Below, piece after piece: positions 12,581-26,701 of a stretch of 64,000 bases of DNA; the stretch's first letter is position 1; the number at the start of each line of letters is the position of its first letter. A program made the translations under genes and the position numbers. Below the pieces are notes generated by a model. It made no database searches. It worked only from the letters and a program-made list of their open reading frames with translations, and was not told the DNA's origin. Source of the stretch: Octopus vulgaris (taxonomy: Eukaryota); assembly GCA_951406725.2 (NCBI GenBank), contig OX597815.1, positions 45,384,001 to 45,448,000 on the forward strand, given 5' to 3'.

Positions 12581-12809
12581 ACACGCGTCGATATGCATAT
12601 ATATTTACATTTATACACACACACATGCATAAACATACACATATAAGAGAAGCATAACAAAGGGGTTTGGAGGAGAGGAGGAATAGATTACAGAGATAGT
12701 GGGGTTTCTTTGTAGAGAGCATGCGTTTTTTTAGCTTCACTGTGAGAAGTAGACACTGTGGTTAAACCACATGTTTTTTTCTCTCTGCCTCCAGAAAAGA
12801 GGATATCAG

Positions 12810-12848
12810 CCTGACTAGTTTCAGCATTTTATACAGCTTCATCAGAGA
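12810..12848 (-). ncRNA. Minimal type-I hammerhead ribozyme
   Basis: Minus strand UCU-CUGAUGA-AGC(uguauaaaau)GCU-GAAA-CUAG-UC-AGG: intact core, palindromic helix III ACUAGU, GUC triplet, 3-bp helices I and II. Confidence 0.6.
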
Positions 12849-13054
12849 ACACTAACTCATTTTTGTGACCACACAGAAGTTAAATCAAGGCTTTTCACTA
12901 TTTATATGTGGGAGGTGTACTCGTCAGGCAATTGATTAGACCTGAGACCATGTGTTGAAATTAAAACGATTACAGCGTGGAAAATATATATTAGTCATTC
13001 AAAAAACACACAAAGACTGTTAACTTTAAATGTTTATTATTTTATCATTTTATC

Positions 13055-13450
13055 TTCTTGCTTGTTTCTGCCATTAGACTGCGGCCTTGCTAGGGTACCA
13101 CTTTGAAGAATTTTTAGACGAATGAATTAACCCCAGTACATTTCAATTTTTTTTTAACCTGTTACTTATTTTATCGGTTCTTTTGTCGAACCGCTAAGTT
13201 ACAGGGACGTAAACACCCCAACACCAGCTGTCAAGCGTTTGTGGTGGAGGGACAAACACAGGTACAAAGACGCACACACACACACATACGACGGGATTCT
13301 TTCAATTTCCGTCTACCAAATCCACTCACAAGGCTTTGGTCGGTCCGAGGCTACAGTAGAAGACACTTGTCCAAGGTGCCATGCAGGGGGACTGAAGCCG
13401 GAACAATATGGCTGGGAAGCAATCTTCTTAACCACACATCCACATCTACC
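13055..13450 (-). mobile_element. SINE family B, near full length
   Basis: CCGTCTACCAAATCCACTCACAAGGCTTTGGTCGG..TAGAAGACACTTGTCCAAGGTGCC. Confidence 0.85.
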
Positions 13451-14462
13451 TGTTTGATGACAACATTTGCGTTTGCACCAACTGCATACAAGTCACAGGC
13501 ATGCTTCCATTGCATCTGCTATTTACAGCATACCATAAATTCGGAGATAATGGGATTGGCCGACCCGAATATGCATAACCGCTTAAAACGTGCAAAAAAG
13601 AAATGAGAAAGGCAATAAAAATTACAAAGGGAAAGAAAGAAGAGAGACTAAATGAAAGAAGGTATTCTCTGTATTTATAAACGCATTATTGCATATTTCA
13701 ATAAAACAAAATAGCGGATAAAATCTTGTGATAAACTACAAAAAACCACCAAGCGACAATATTTTGTTTATTCTGATAACTTCACGGTTTCGTCTTTTGA
13801 TCAAGTGTCAGAAAAACAAATTTAAAACACTCTCCATTTCTTTATTGTATATTTTTTATCTCCCCCCCCCCCCTTGCCCCCACAATCCCCTTCATTTTTT
13901 TAATGTCTTGCATCTTGTTTGGTCTGCTTTGGTTTGGTTTTGCTTTTTTAAAAAAAAAAACGTCCTCTTCTATTCAATCCCAATTAAGAAACTCTTCAGA
14001 CCAGTAAATGGTCACGTGTACTACCAATCTTTTAGTTTTTGTTTTCTATGTCAACTCAACAATACTGTGTTTGTCTAGTAAGCTTTTCATCTTAGAACAA
14101 CGAGGTGGTTTTCGTTATGTTTGAATAGAAGATTGCAATTTATTTCTGTTTTATTTGAGAAAACTTCAGAAAGAAACCAATCATTTCTCTTTTTTGTTTT
14201 GTTTTTGTTTCGTGAATCATAAAAAAAGGGGGGAAGGAAAGAAATACTTCGTGTCAACACACAACGTAAGAGGGAATATCTTGACCCCTGGCACCTGATT
14301 TCAGCAACAGAAAATTAAGCATTGACATTATCATTTTAGTAGTGAGATTTGTTGTTGCTGTTTTTTGTTTTGCTCTTTTTTTTTATTGTTGTAGTGTGAT
14401 TTGATAGTTTATTGTCAGTGTCAGCAATCTGATAAAAATAATTTAAAGAAACAACCTAATAA

Positions 14463-14586
<124 letters not shown>

Positions 14587-15069
14587 TGATGAGTCTAATT
14601 CAGCATGTTCACAGGTGACCGACAGTGAGATGGCATTCAGTGACGTGATGGCTTGCCACGAATAAAGTAAGGTAATAAAATATAAGATAACTAAAACAGC
14701 ACCCAAGAGCGGAGTTGGAGAGGTAATATACAATGTGGTTCGTGACAGCTTTGCCAAACATATCACATTTGTCCATTAATTGAAGCTATCAGATTAGTGA
14801 TGTCTCTAGATAATCTCTCAATAATTTAAATACAATAAGATATAACGCCGGATATTGGGGTATTCACTATGAGAAGACCTCTCACATGGACGCACGGTGC
14901 ATAAAAGTACAGATATTTATATCGTTGGCAGACAAGAATTGTCTGCAACGAGCGTTGTAGAAACTCTTAAAGTTGCGTAAGTTCTTTACTGAGACCTAGC
15001 ACGTCGGGCTCAAGCTTGCGAAACTTAAAGTTGCAAGGGACCGAATCAAGTGTGTGTGTGTAAGAAGAA

Positions 15070-15290
15070 AAATGGGATGTATTCCATCTCATATAATTTT
15101 TTTTAACACTTTGAAACTTCATATACTGGTAGAACAGGGTTTACTCTTAACATTTTTGATAAAATTTTGAATTTTAGAAGTTATTTCGTGTTAAAGTTGT
15201 CGTATTTGGGTAATTTTAACCAATCAATGACGTGTATTCAGCTGGAGAAAATTACTGCTGTTGTTTGCGAACAGCAACTTCCGGGTCCAT
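15070..15290. mobile_element. Non-autonomous DNA transposon relic, possibly Merlin-related
   Basis: TTGGGTAATTTTAACCAATC (~15207) matches TTGGGTAATTTTAGCCAATC (~31639) upstream of the Merlin transposase relic. Confidence 0.4.
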
Positions 15291-15422
15291 TGACAAAACG
15301 ATGAATCTTCGACAACAGAAAAATTTAAACTGAAAATCCCCCCTAATAAAACCCTTTTTTAATAACCAGAGATGTTTTTATAGCAGCATATATGAGAATA
15401 TGTCCATCTATCTATCTATCTA

Positions 15423-15524
<102 letters not shown>

Positions 15525-16224
15525 CGTGTATATATATATATACACATACACATTAATAATAGGCAGACGCTACTGAGTGACAATGGCCAAATTCGTGTTT
15601 GATAAGGACCAATACACGAAACTCTCAGCTTTTAACTTACTCTCTAACTTCTGCCGATGATATATGTACATACATATATGTGTAAAAAAAATCTCATCAC
15701 GCAATCGAACCAATGAAAGAGCCTCTACCTGGTCGCTCGACACGCTAAAAATAGCAGGCAAAGTATCCTCCTGCCCAAATCACACGCCCATTGTACGTAA
15801 TGTCCTAGATTAATCCCTTAAAACACGGTTTACTGAAGGCTGGAATATCTTTGATGATAGGTTTGCTGAATCAGGATTGATTTGAGGGTAAATAACCACA
15901 AAATTATAACTGAGAAAGACCAACGACGGAGCCTGAATGTGGTTGCATGACCTGCTAGAAAAAGTAGCCAAACGTTTTTTATACACAGAATAGAAAAACC
16001 TCTGACTCATTCACCCAGTAACCGAAGTTTCAAACTGATTAGTTAAAAAAAAATTAATTAAAAAATCTATAACTTTTTATGTTCTAACTTATCTGTTTTA
16101 ATTGGAAAATCTCATAAAATTTTGCATACCATGTAATTCCAGCTTCAAATCCCCATTTCTGACAAAGCTTCCAGTATAAAACTTTCACAACATGGTTATG
16201 CCTTCAATTATTATTATTATTATT

Positions 16225-16766
16225 GAGTGAGAGAGCAGTGCATGCCATCAAAGTGACACTGGGGTAAAATATACGAAGCCCAGTATACCCATCATGACTA
16301 CCTGTCTGATAAGAGTACACCAGGCACATGCATTATAACCATATATGCATGACATGGTGATCTCATATCAAGATAAACAGCACATGACCTTGCAGGTGGG
16401 GCCCAGTTAGAATTTTCTTCTGGTCAAGTAACCCATCCCACTCAAAAGGTCCCTGAATAAGGGTTGTTTAAGGATGTTGAACGAAATACCCATGTTTCCA
16501 GAGGTGAATTATTCAAACCCCAAAGAATCCCTCTCAACACATGGCTATGATGCTCCCCCACTACTTCTGCTCGTGATCAGAGATGCACATATCATCAGTC
16601 ACTAAGGGACATGGTCAGCTGGTTAAGGCCAAGCAAATGACAAGCAAATCTGTGGTATTGAGCAGAATATTTGCTGTAGTCCATCTTTTATACCAAGACA
16701 AAACAATGTACATGATAACACTTCCAATCAGTTAAAATCAGAAGCCATGAGAGCCATCAGGGCATT
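16225..16766 (-). mobile_element. Family D ~550-bp non-coding retroelement in (ATT)n, copy 1
   Basis: Highly similar to 16839-17390 and, inverted, to 51942-52473; both ends abut ATT repeats. Confidence 0.85.
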
Positions 16767-16797
16767 ATCATTATTATTATCATTATTATTATTATCA

Positions 16798-16838
<41 letters not shown>

Positions 16839-17389
16839 GAGTGAGAGAGCAGTTCATGCCATCAAAGTGACACTGGGGTAAAATATACGAAGCCCAATAT
16901 ACCCATCATGACTACCCGTCTGATAAAGGTACACCAGGCACATGCATCACAACCATATATGCGCGACATGGTGATCTCATATCAAGATAAACAGCACATG
17001 ACCTTGCAGGTGGGGCCCAGTTAGAATTTTCTTCAGGTCGAGTAGCCCATCCCGCTCAAACGGTCCCTGAATAAGGGTTGTTTAAGGATGTTGAAAGAAC
17101 CACCCATGTTTCCAGAGGTGAATTATTCAAACCCCAAAGAATCCCTCTCAACACATGGCTATGATGCTCCCCCACTACTTCTGCTCGTGATCAGAGATGC
17201 ACATATCGTCAGCCACTAAGGGACATGCTCAACTGGTTACGGTCAAACAACTGACAAGCAAATCTGTGGTATTGAGCAGAATATTTGCTGTAGCCCATCT
17301 TTTATACCAAGACAAAACAATGTACATAACACTTCCAATCAGTTAAGATCAGAAGCCATGAGAGCCACTGCCTGGTACTGGATCAGGGC

Positions 17390-17390
<1 letters not shown>
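16839..17390 (-). mobile_element. Family D element, copy 2 (tandem)
   Basis: GAGTGAGAGAGCAG..GAGAGCCACTGCCTGGTACTGGATCAGGGCA between ATT tracts. Confidence 0.85.
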
Positions 17391-17437
<47 letters not shown>

Positions 17438-17461
17438 CATTATTATTATTATTATTATTAT

Positions 17462-17547
<86 letters not shown>
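17391..17547. repeat. (ATT)n(AGT)n microsatellite
   Basis: Directly visible. Confidence 0.95.
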
Positions 17548-17548
<1 letters not shown>

Positions 17549-17765
17549 GGCGGTGAGCTGGCAGAATTGTTAGTACGCGGAGAAAATGCTTAGCGGCATT
17601 TCGTCCATCTTTACGTTCTGAGTCCAAATTCCGGAGAGGTCGACTTTGTTTTTCATTCCTTCCAAGGTCAATGAAATAAGTACCAGTTAGGCATTGGGGT
17701 CGATATAATCAACGTATCCCCCCACCCATCGAAATTGCTGTCCCTGTGCCAAAATTTGAAATCAT
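17548..17765 (+). mobile_element. SINE family A
   Basis: GGCGGTGAGCTGGCAGAA head and GAGGTCGACTTTG..AAGTACCAG core. Confidence 0.85.
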
Positions 17766-19097
17766 TATTGTCGCTGTTGGTTTGTTTTCTCCCTGTATAA
17801 GCAACACCAACTACATATCCAATTCACTATGTAAAAACGCACGACTTTATACTAGTCTGGTGAAGTGCCAGTCTGGCATATTCAACAACATATATTTATT
17901 AATGTTTCATATAAAATTATTTACAAGCATCGCGGTTAGAAACGGTGTACGGAAACAATCTTAAAGAAAACACAACTTGTGCTAAATTTATTCAGTCTTC
18001 TTACCTTAAGTTACACTTCAAAGTACAAACTGATTATAGCAATGAAGTACCCGGTGTTTCGGTGAACTTGCAGCTTTTCTAAAGTCCCAGTATGAGATTG
18101 TGGATAGCCAGGAGTTCGTGTCGAATGTTAGATATTGATAATACTCATTCTAACTACACCAGCCATTGTTAATTCCTATTCTGCCATGCTTTTTTCTCGT
18201 TCCTGTTTTTCATTCACTTTTTTTTATTTCTTTCGTTCTTTCTCTTCTTGTCTCCCCTTTTCTCGGAGCACAGCCATGTCGTATTTTTGAGCCTGAGTGA
18301 TCGCCCGATAATACATAGTATGGTACACAAGATCGCGTATGTTTTTATTTACATATATGCTTTCGTTTATGTGTATGTTTATGCGCGCGCATACACATTT
18401 GCGGAGTACACGTAGAAAATGTAATAAAACATGGGGGGGGGGTTTATAAGGTATTTAGTTATACCATCTTACGTAGTGTCATTAACACAAAGTGATTATT
18501 ACTTACATAATATAAATTACATAGTCAAGACTTATTGCCAAATTGTCAGAGACGTGTAATTTTTATATGTAACACTTTTATATATGGAATGGTTACGTTC
18601 TGTCAACATTTCTATATGGAATAATCATATTTAATCATAGCAATTCTATTTCCACGGCTCAATGATATTCTTTTATATCGTCTTCATTATAAAACTCGGG
18701 TTAAAACTGAATTTGTTACGTTTGTTGTTAAAATTAACCGAGAATACTGGGTTCGTTGAGCTTTTGTTTCCTTCTACATTGTCAAATAGTATCGATTGTG
18801 AAGTGTTTGCTTCACTTTGGTATTTAACATATGTTATTTATTGCGCAATACAAATACACTTATTTATCAATAAGAAAAAAAAACTATTATTTTATTATTT
18901 TATATCGCCAAGCCGCGGACCAGCAACGAACTGCAGACCAGCACCCAATCGCGAATCAGTACCAAGGCGTGGATCATTTGGTGGCGGGCAGCACAGAAAG
19001 AATAGATTTTTTAAGTTTTATTTCTATTTTATTGAATATCACACGCTACAGGCTATTTTTGCATTATATATATAATTATGTACGTAATTATACTAGC

Positions 19098-19293
19098 ACT
19101 CCGTCGGTTACAAAGACGAGGGTTCCGATTGATCCGATCAACGGAACAGCCGGCTCGTGAAATTAAGGTGCAAATGGCTGAGTACTCGATAGACACGTGT
19201 ACACTTAACGTAGTTCTCAGGGAGATTCAGCGTGACAAGGTGTGAAAAAAGCTGGCCCTTTGAAGTACAGGCACTGCTCATTTTTGCCAGCTA
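19098..19293 (-). mobile_element. SINE family C 3' part
   Basis: Matches 27338-27530 (GATCAACGGAACAGCC..CTCATTTTTGCCAGCT). Confidence 0.75.
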
Positions 19294-19334
19294 AGTAATT
19301 ATATAGGTAATTATATATGTAATATATAATTATA

Positions 19335-19869
19335 TCTATAATAATAAAAGCGAAATTTTGCCCATCCATCTTGGAACCCCGTATCTCAGCCTACGTTTGC
19401 TCTACATAGACATATACCTTTTTTGGAATCAGGATGATCCGAGGATTGAAAATCTGCCCTTCATTTAGTTCTTGAATACCCAGCATTAGGATCTAATTTA
19501 AAAGCATTTGGGTTACTATTTCTAGCAGGTAAAGCTTGGATGATTCACGCCATTTTGGTGACGTTTGTCAGTTGACGACAGGGGAGTGGGAGATAAATGA
19601 CATTCGCTTCGTTAATTTTACGTCAAAATAAGAACTTTGGGACAAATTAACCAACAGATTGAATTCAAATTGGGACTGGAACAATAGAATGATTACATTA
19701 CAGAATTAATTCTCATCTATCCTTAACCTCTGATCAAACACCACCGGGGCATATAGTCATTATAGACGTATCATAGTCATACTATTTAGCTCCCTTTAGT
19801 TTTGGGCCGCAATCCCAATTACCCCTCCGCATGACCTAGCCTAAAGGTCCGCACGGACTTTTAAGCTTG
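19335..19869 (+). mobile_element. Non-autonomous Helitron
   Basis: 5' A|TCTATAATAATAAAAG start; 3' hairpin AGGTCCG-CA-CGGACTT followed by CTTG|T (CTAG variant). Confidence 0.6.
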
Positions 19870-19902
19870 TATGTAATATATGTAATATATATGTAATTAT
19901 AA

Positions 19903-20133
19903 AGGCGGCGAGCTGGCAGAAACGTTAGCACGCCGGGCGAAATGCGTAGCCGTATTTCGTCTGACGTTACGTTGTGAGTTCAAATTCCGCCGAGGTCGAC
20001 TTTGCCTTTCATCCTTTCGGGGTCGATAAATTAAGTACCAGTTACGCGCTGGGGTCGATGTAATCGACTTAATCCGTTTGTCTGTCCTTGTTTATCCCCT
20101 CTGTGTTTAGCCCCTTGTGGGTAGTAAAGAAAT
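19903..20133 (+). mobile_element. SINE family A, young full-length copy (tRNA head + Meta/MESC-like core)
   Basis: GGCGGCGAGCTGGCAGAA..GAGTTCAAATTCC (B box)..GCCTTTCATCCTTTCGGGGTCGATAAATTAAGTACCAG. Confidence 0.9.
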
Positions 20134-20167
20134 ATGTATGTAATTATATATGTAATAATACACTAAG

Positions 20168-20228
20168 CCATGGAAAATTGTCTCGCATGAAACCGGTCCG
20201 TGGTACAAAAATAGGCTGAGGGTCACTG
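20168..20228. mobile_element. hAT-Charlie-like terminal fragment
   Basis: CCGGTCCGTGGTACAAAAATAGGCTGAGGGTCACTG resembles the right ends of Charlie-type MITEs. Confidence 0.5.
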
Positions 20229-20719
20229 TCTTATAGCATGACTTGGATATATACTAAGAAGTAAACCGAGGGTGCATGCTTATTAACACGCTGTTTGATT
20301 TTTTTGCAATCAAGCCCATATTTTCTTCTCTATTTGTAGATATACTGTCATTTAAGCATGTGACATTTATTTAGCAAAACGATGTTTTAGCGTCCCAAAT
20401 TATCATGATCAGTACACATAGTTTCGGTTTCCAACTTGACACCGGTGCATTTCCTGACACCTTAAAATCTAATTTTAAAATAGCATTCGTGTCTAGTTTC
20501 TGAAACGTGTAAAATCGTGAATGTTTTTCTTCCTCGTTAATATAATGATGTTGCACCTATGTGAAAACAGTCACGTTTTATTCAGTATCTGAAGTGAAGC
20601 AATAAAGCAAGAAAATATAAATCAGTAATTTAAACAATTTTACCTGTGACGTTTTTCATTTATTTATTTTTTTATTGATTTTTTTTTTGCTGTTTTTTTT
20701 TTTTTGAGTCATTGTTCTT

Positions 20720-20949
20720 ATCTTTTACTTCTTTCACTCATTGGTCTGCAGCAATGCTAGAGCACCGCCTCGGAGAGGTTAGTTCAACAAATCGACCCCA
20801 ATACTTATTTTGAAGTCTGGCACTTAATTCTATCGGTCTTTTTGCCAAGCCGCTACGTTAGAGGGACGTAAACAAACACCGGCTGCCAAGCGGTGGTCGA
20901 GAATAAACGCAAAGCCACATGCATACATACAGAATCACAATTTCAGATG

Positions 20950-20988
<39 letters not shown>

Positions 20989-21170
20989 ACACACACATAT
21001 ATATATAAATACATACACACTCCATGGGCTAATGCGCAGTTTCCATCAAATAAATTCACTGACAAAGCATTAATCAACTCGGGGCTATAGTAGAATTTAC
21101 TTGCCCAAAATACCGTGCAGTGGGATTGAACCTGAAAATACGTGGTTCCAAAGCCAGCTTTCTAACCTGT
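20720..21170 (-). mobile_element. SINE family B, degenerate
   Basis: GCTAGAGCACCGCC..GGGACGTAAAC..(CA)n..GGGCTATAGTAGAA..TTGCCCAA. Confidence 0.7.
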
Positions 21171-21272
21171 GCTTACTCAAAATTAAAAGTATAAACTTGA
21201 TAAATAATGACATACTAATTAAAAATTATACATACATTCATACATACATACATACATACATACACACATATA

Positions 21273-21354
<82 letters not shown>

Positions 21355-21355
<1 letters not shown>

Positions 21356-22006
21356 TAGTTGAGGTACCCGGTAATAAATTACCGTTAATAAGATGTCTGT
21401 TTATAGCCATGAAGCATATTTTTCGTCAAATTTCGACATTTTTCAAAAATTAAAAATCTATATTAATGGGTTGGACCAATTTGACGTAAAAATAAGCAGA
21501 GTCTGGTAGCGAACCAGTGTCGTTGTCATTTTTGAACATGTGTGTAAAATGGCGAAATTTTACGCTTTGGGGCAGATATCGTCAAATTGACGTCACGACG
21601 GCTAGAGCGCAAAATGCCTAAATTTTGCATGAGGAATAAAATGCTCTTACCTAATCAAAACCTGAAATACTGGGAAATTAAAACAACGAATTGATATTCG
21701 CATTGAAATGAAGAATTAGCAAATGCTAAATAAATTACCGTTAATAAGCTATCTGTTTATACCCATGAAACATTTTTCGTCAAATTGATGTCACGATGAC
21801 TAGTGCGAAAAATGCCGAAAGTTTACGATTTTTGAAAAATCGATGCTGATTAAAAATCGATTTTTAAAAAATTCCAAGTGCATAAGTGGCCGCATGGGTA
21901 TAAGCTCCACACACGTGTCAAATTTCATCAAGGTCTGTTGGATAGTCTCGGAGGAGTTAAAGTAACAAATTCACAAACACACAAACTTGACATATAGTAT
22001 TATAGA
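21355..22006 (-). mobile_element. Non-autonomous Helitron
   Basis: Minus strand starts A|TCTATAATACTATA and ends with hairpin CGGTAAT-TT-ATTACCG then CTAG|T; internal ~355-bp-spaced duplication (21372 and 21727). Confidence 0.75.
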
Positions 22007-22611
22007 TACATATAACATAATAATACTTAGATAAAATTTTAAAATTATAAGGTATAATAATGATCTGGAGTTGTAGACATTAACAACACCTAAAGGAGAA
22101 CGTCGATTCTACTCCGTCTACGTTTAAAAAGAAACTCAGCGTACATATCGAGACTCTTGAAGCATTGACATAGCCAAGTGGTTAAAAAGTTCACATACAA
22201 CTCCGGGTTCAAGCACTATGCACGCAATCTTGGACAAGTATTTTATATTACTGCCACCTTGAATAGATAAATATCTTATGAGGGTGGAATTTAGTAGAGG
22301 CGGAAACTGTGAGAATCTAGTTGAGGGATTTAAGTGTGCATTTGTTGTATGTATGTGTGTGGATGGAAAATGAACGTGTTCGTATATACAAACTCTAGAA
22401 AATAGTATCAATACAAAAGTAAAAAGCAATGATTTATAGTTTAAGTTTTACAAAGATTACATCAAGTTTCTCCTTCTTTTTGTTGTACTAAATCGTATTC
22501 CTGTCGTCGTAGGAAGCCTTCCAAGTGACTTTTTCCGATCTTTTGCATACCACTCGGCAACACACGGGACCGCCGGTTGTCTATAAACGTTGAGACATGT
22601 CTGGCTAAATC

Positions 22612-22830
<219 letters not shown>

Positions 22831-23702
22831 AAAGTGCGTCGAGTAAATTGTCGCCATTTTATATTTCTAATTTCGCGCATGCACCTTATTTGTTTCTGAT
22901 TTTGTCGACTACGCAGTATAGTAGGGTCAGTTGTGCACCGTATGTGATAAAAACAGCACCATGGTTCAGTTCACTCAGCCAGAAATTTGGAAATGACATG
23001 CTGTGCTACATGGCATTCGAGCAGGAAGATCCAATACGAACAGATGGTGAACACACAGAACAACCGTTGGCTTGCCGTGTCCTCAAAACATGTCTCGAGA
23101 GTGATAAAAATCAAACATCCAGTCAACATCATGGTGTTTGGAGTGATCATTAGTGATGGCAACGTTATGCCTCCAGTCATCTTCCCACACGGCCTCAGAC
23201 TCAACACCGAGGCCTACATACAGTGTCTGGAGGAGATAGTGCTACCCTGGATGAATAGGGTGGCTGCTGGAAGACTTGTGTCTTGCAACAGGACTCTGCA
23301 CCACGCCACACAAACAAGAGTACTTAGTCATGGCTGTCAGACAATTTCTGCGACCACATCACCCTAACATCCAGCCACCTATCTCCCCAGACTGCAACCC
23401 TCTTGATTATTATGTGTAGGGCGCAGTTGAGCGAGAAACCAACACAACTCATTGCGACACCAAAGATGAATTGAAGGCAAGCATTATGGCAGCATTCAAC
23501 AACTTAAACAAGGAGACCGTCCAGAAGAGTTGCAGGAGATTCCGAAGTCATCTGGAGGCCTGGTTGAAGCCAATGGCGATTTTATTGAATAAATTTACTC
23601 TTTAGTATTTAAAGGTATTTTTATGTAATTTTGGTAAATACATCTGTTAAAATGAGATGTTAGTGTTATTTTCAGTTTTTAGTAATTTAGATGAAAATAT
23701 AT

Positions 23703-23852
23703 CCTTTTCTATTCTAGGTACAAGACCCGAAATTTTGGGGGAGGTGGTTAGTCGATTAGATCGATCTCAGTACGCAACTAGTACTTAATTTATCGTTACC
23801 GAAAGGATGTAAGGCAAAGTCGACCTCGGCGGAATTTGAACTCAGAACATAA
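23703..23852 (-). mobile_element. SINE family A, partial
   Basis: CGAAAGGATGTAAGGCAAAGTCGACCTCGGCGGAATTTGAACTCAGAAC. Confidence 0.8.
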
Positions 23853-23855
23853 AGA

Positions 23856-24089
23856 TCTATTTCTTTACTACCCACAAGGGGCTAAACACAGAGAGGACAA
23901 GCAAGGACAGACAAACGGATTAAGTCGATTATATCGTCCCCAGTGCGTAACTGGTACTTATTTAATCGACCCCGAAAGGATGAAAGGCAAAGTCGACCTC
24001 GGCGGAATTTGAACTCAGAACGTAGCGGCAGACGAAATACCGCTAAGCATTTCGCCCGGCGTGCTAACGTTTCTGCCATCTCACCGCCT
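23856..24089 (-). mobile_element. SINE family A, full length
   Basis: Near-identical to 7424-7660. Confidence 0.9.
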
Positions 24090-25351
24090 TGGACGACAAT
24101 ATATTCACCTTTCTACTATATGCACAAGGACTGGAATTTTCGGGGAGGAGATAGTAAATTATAGTGTTCCCTGTACTTGAATAGTGTTTATTTTATCGAC
24201 GTCAAAATTATGAAAAACAAAGTTTTACATCATCTGAAAAGTCATTAGTTGAACTATTAGTCCTCTTGCATTCTGGGAGGTATCGGAGTGTTTGAGTGAC
24301 ATGAGACCCCAACAAACGCCCATAAATTAAATGCATCTGAACCATGATCGGGGCCTGTCGACCAGTGCCTGACGGTCACAATCGTGGCACGTCGCACTTT
24401 ATGTATTAATCTTCATTTTGAATAATTTGAACCAGCAATACTCTTCCAGTAACATTAACTGCGGTGTATAAATAGGAAAACAGCTTCAGGTAAAATTCGA
24501 AATGGGATCACAGTCTTCACTCCAACCGGTAACAGTTTACCTTCTACTCTTAGCTCATACTTTACTGTTATCGGAATTATAACACTATTTAATATGTAAG
24601 TGGGTCGGTGTGATCATATTTAACTGGATATATCCGCTCAAAATTTTACTATCGTTAATTGCATAAAGTAGGTTTTAACCCACAACGACTTTGGGAAACC
24701 TCTCCTTAGGCTACGAGAAGCGAAGACACCCCCTGTGACACTTCTGTTTACAGATGACAATTTTTTCAGATATTCTTAATTTTTTCCACATATTTCATCA
24801 AATATCTTTTAACAGAGCAAGAATCAAATTCTTTTAGTGGTGGATATGAAAACTGTACCTAAGAGATACTGATAAAGTCGAGCATAAGCAAAAAAAATTT
24901 CAATTTTATTCTTTTGGTTGATAATAGCATCATTATGAAAATGAACATGAAATTTAATCACGCAAAGAGTTAAAATTAAAGATAAATTATAAAACAAATA
25001 GAGGGTGTTCCGTCAATTGTTCTTTTTTTTCTGTTCACAACGTAACACAATATTATGACAGTCAACGGGAAATAACTCTAACTAACTATATCAACTTAAA
25101 ATTTTGACAGCTAACATTTACTTGCAATATATTCTATAAATAGGATGATAACATTATGACTAATACACTTCTATTTGCCGTGTATACATAAATGAATAAA
25201 ATTCTCTCGTTTTGTACAGTACAATAAGATAAAACAATTTATAACTAGCATCAGTTATAAAAATAAATATAAGAGAATGGTCACTATGTGGCTCATTCTA
25301 GCACTAGAAAATCCAAAAGGTTTCAACCACAAAAATACATATACATACACA

Positions 25352-25465
<114 letters not shown>

Positions 25466-25642
25466 TTGTATAATATGGATTTAGAGAATCGTACAGCTGT
25501 CACAGTAAGCTCCTCTCACAACTTTGGTTAACAGTCCATGTAATAATTTATTCCAAAATAGTATGATGTCCCTGAAACTGAAAACCCGAGCCGTAAGATT
25601 ATTCTCTAAGTAGTATATAAAAAAATCAGGAGGTATGAGAAG

Positions 25643-25721
<79 letters not shown>

Positions 25722-25824
25722 ATAAATTAAATAAATAAATTAAAATAAATTAATAAATTAATTTTACTCTGCTATGTATTGAGTACCTTATTTACTGTGG
25801 TTAACCCCGAATCAACCCGGGACC

Positions 25825-25896
<72 letters not shown>

Positions 25897-26625
25897 CTCG
25901 CATTCTGTCTAGGTCGATTTTGCCTTTTATCCTTTCGGGGTCGACAAATTAAGTACCAGTTGCGTACTGGGGTCGATCTAATCTACTGACCCCACCAAAA
26001 AAATTTCGGGCCTTGTGCCTAGAGTAGAAAAAGATATATAGAGAGAGATTCTCATTGTTAAATTTCTGTAACGTTTTAATTATTTTTACATGTAATTTTC
26101 TTTTTAATAACAAATGTCAGTTATTTTTTCTACGATTCTACTTCATAAATTTTCTACATCATACTGTTCAGAAATGGTAACAGATATTTATAATAATGAT
26201 GTTTAATAACCAACATTTACGTATTTACTTATTCGTGGCGTTCCTTTGCTCATTGCCAGCCACCAAGCCTTGCATTGCGCTCATCCTACACCTTTATGTT
26301 AACTCTGTTTCTCTTTCTGTGAACGTCTTTCTTTTACTGTCTCTCCCCCTCTCTCTCTCTCTCCATACAATAGAAAATCCATCAATCAACTAACCAATCG
26401 ACATTTATATCGGATATTATTAAATAGAGATAACCTTATTATTTTCCTCCTGTTAACGATACTTTTTACTTTCCTGTCGATTTAATATTCAGAATTTTAT
26501 ACGCATATACATGCACACACACACACACACACACACAAACGTGTGTGTATATATATGTATATATCTATGTATATCTATCCATTTATCTATCCCCCTCTAT
26601 CTCTCTATCTCTATCTCTATCTCTG

Positions 26626-26687
<62 letters not shown>

Positions 26688-26701
<14 letters not shown>

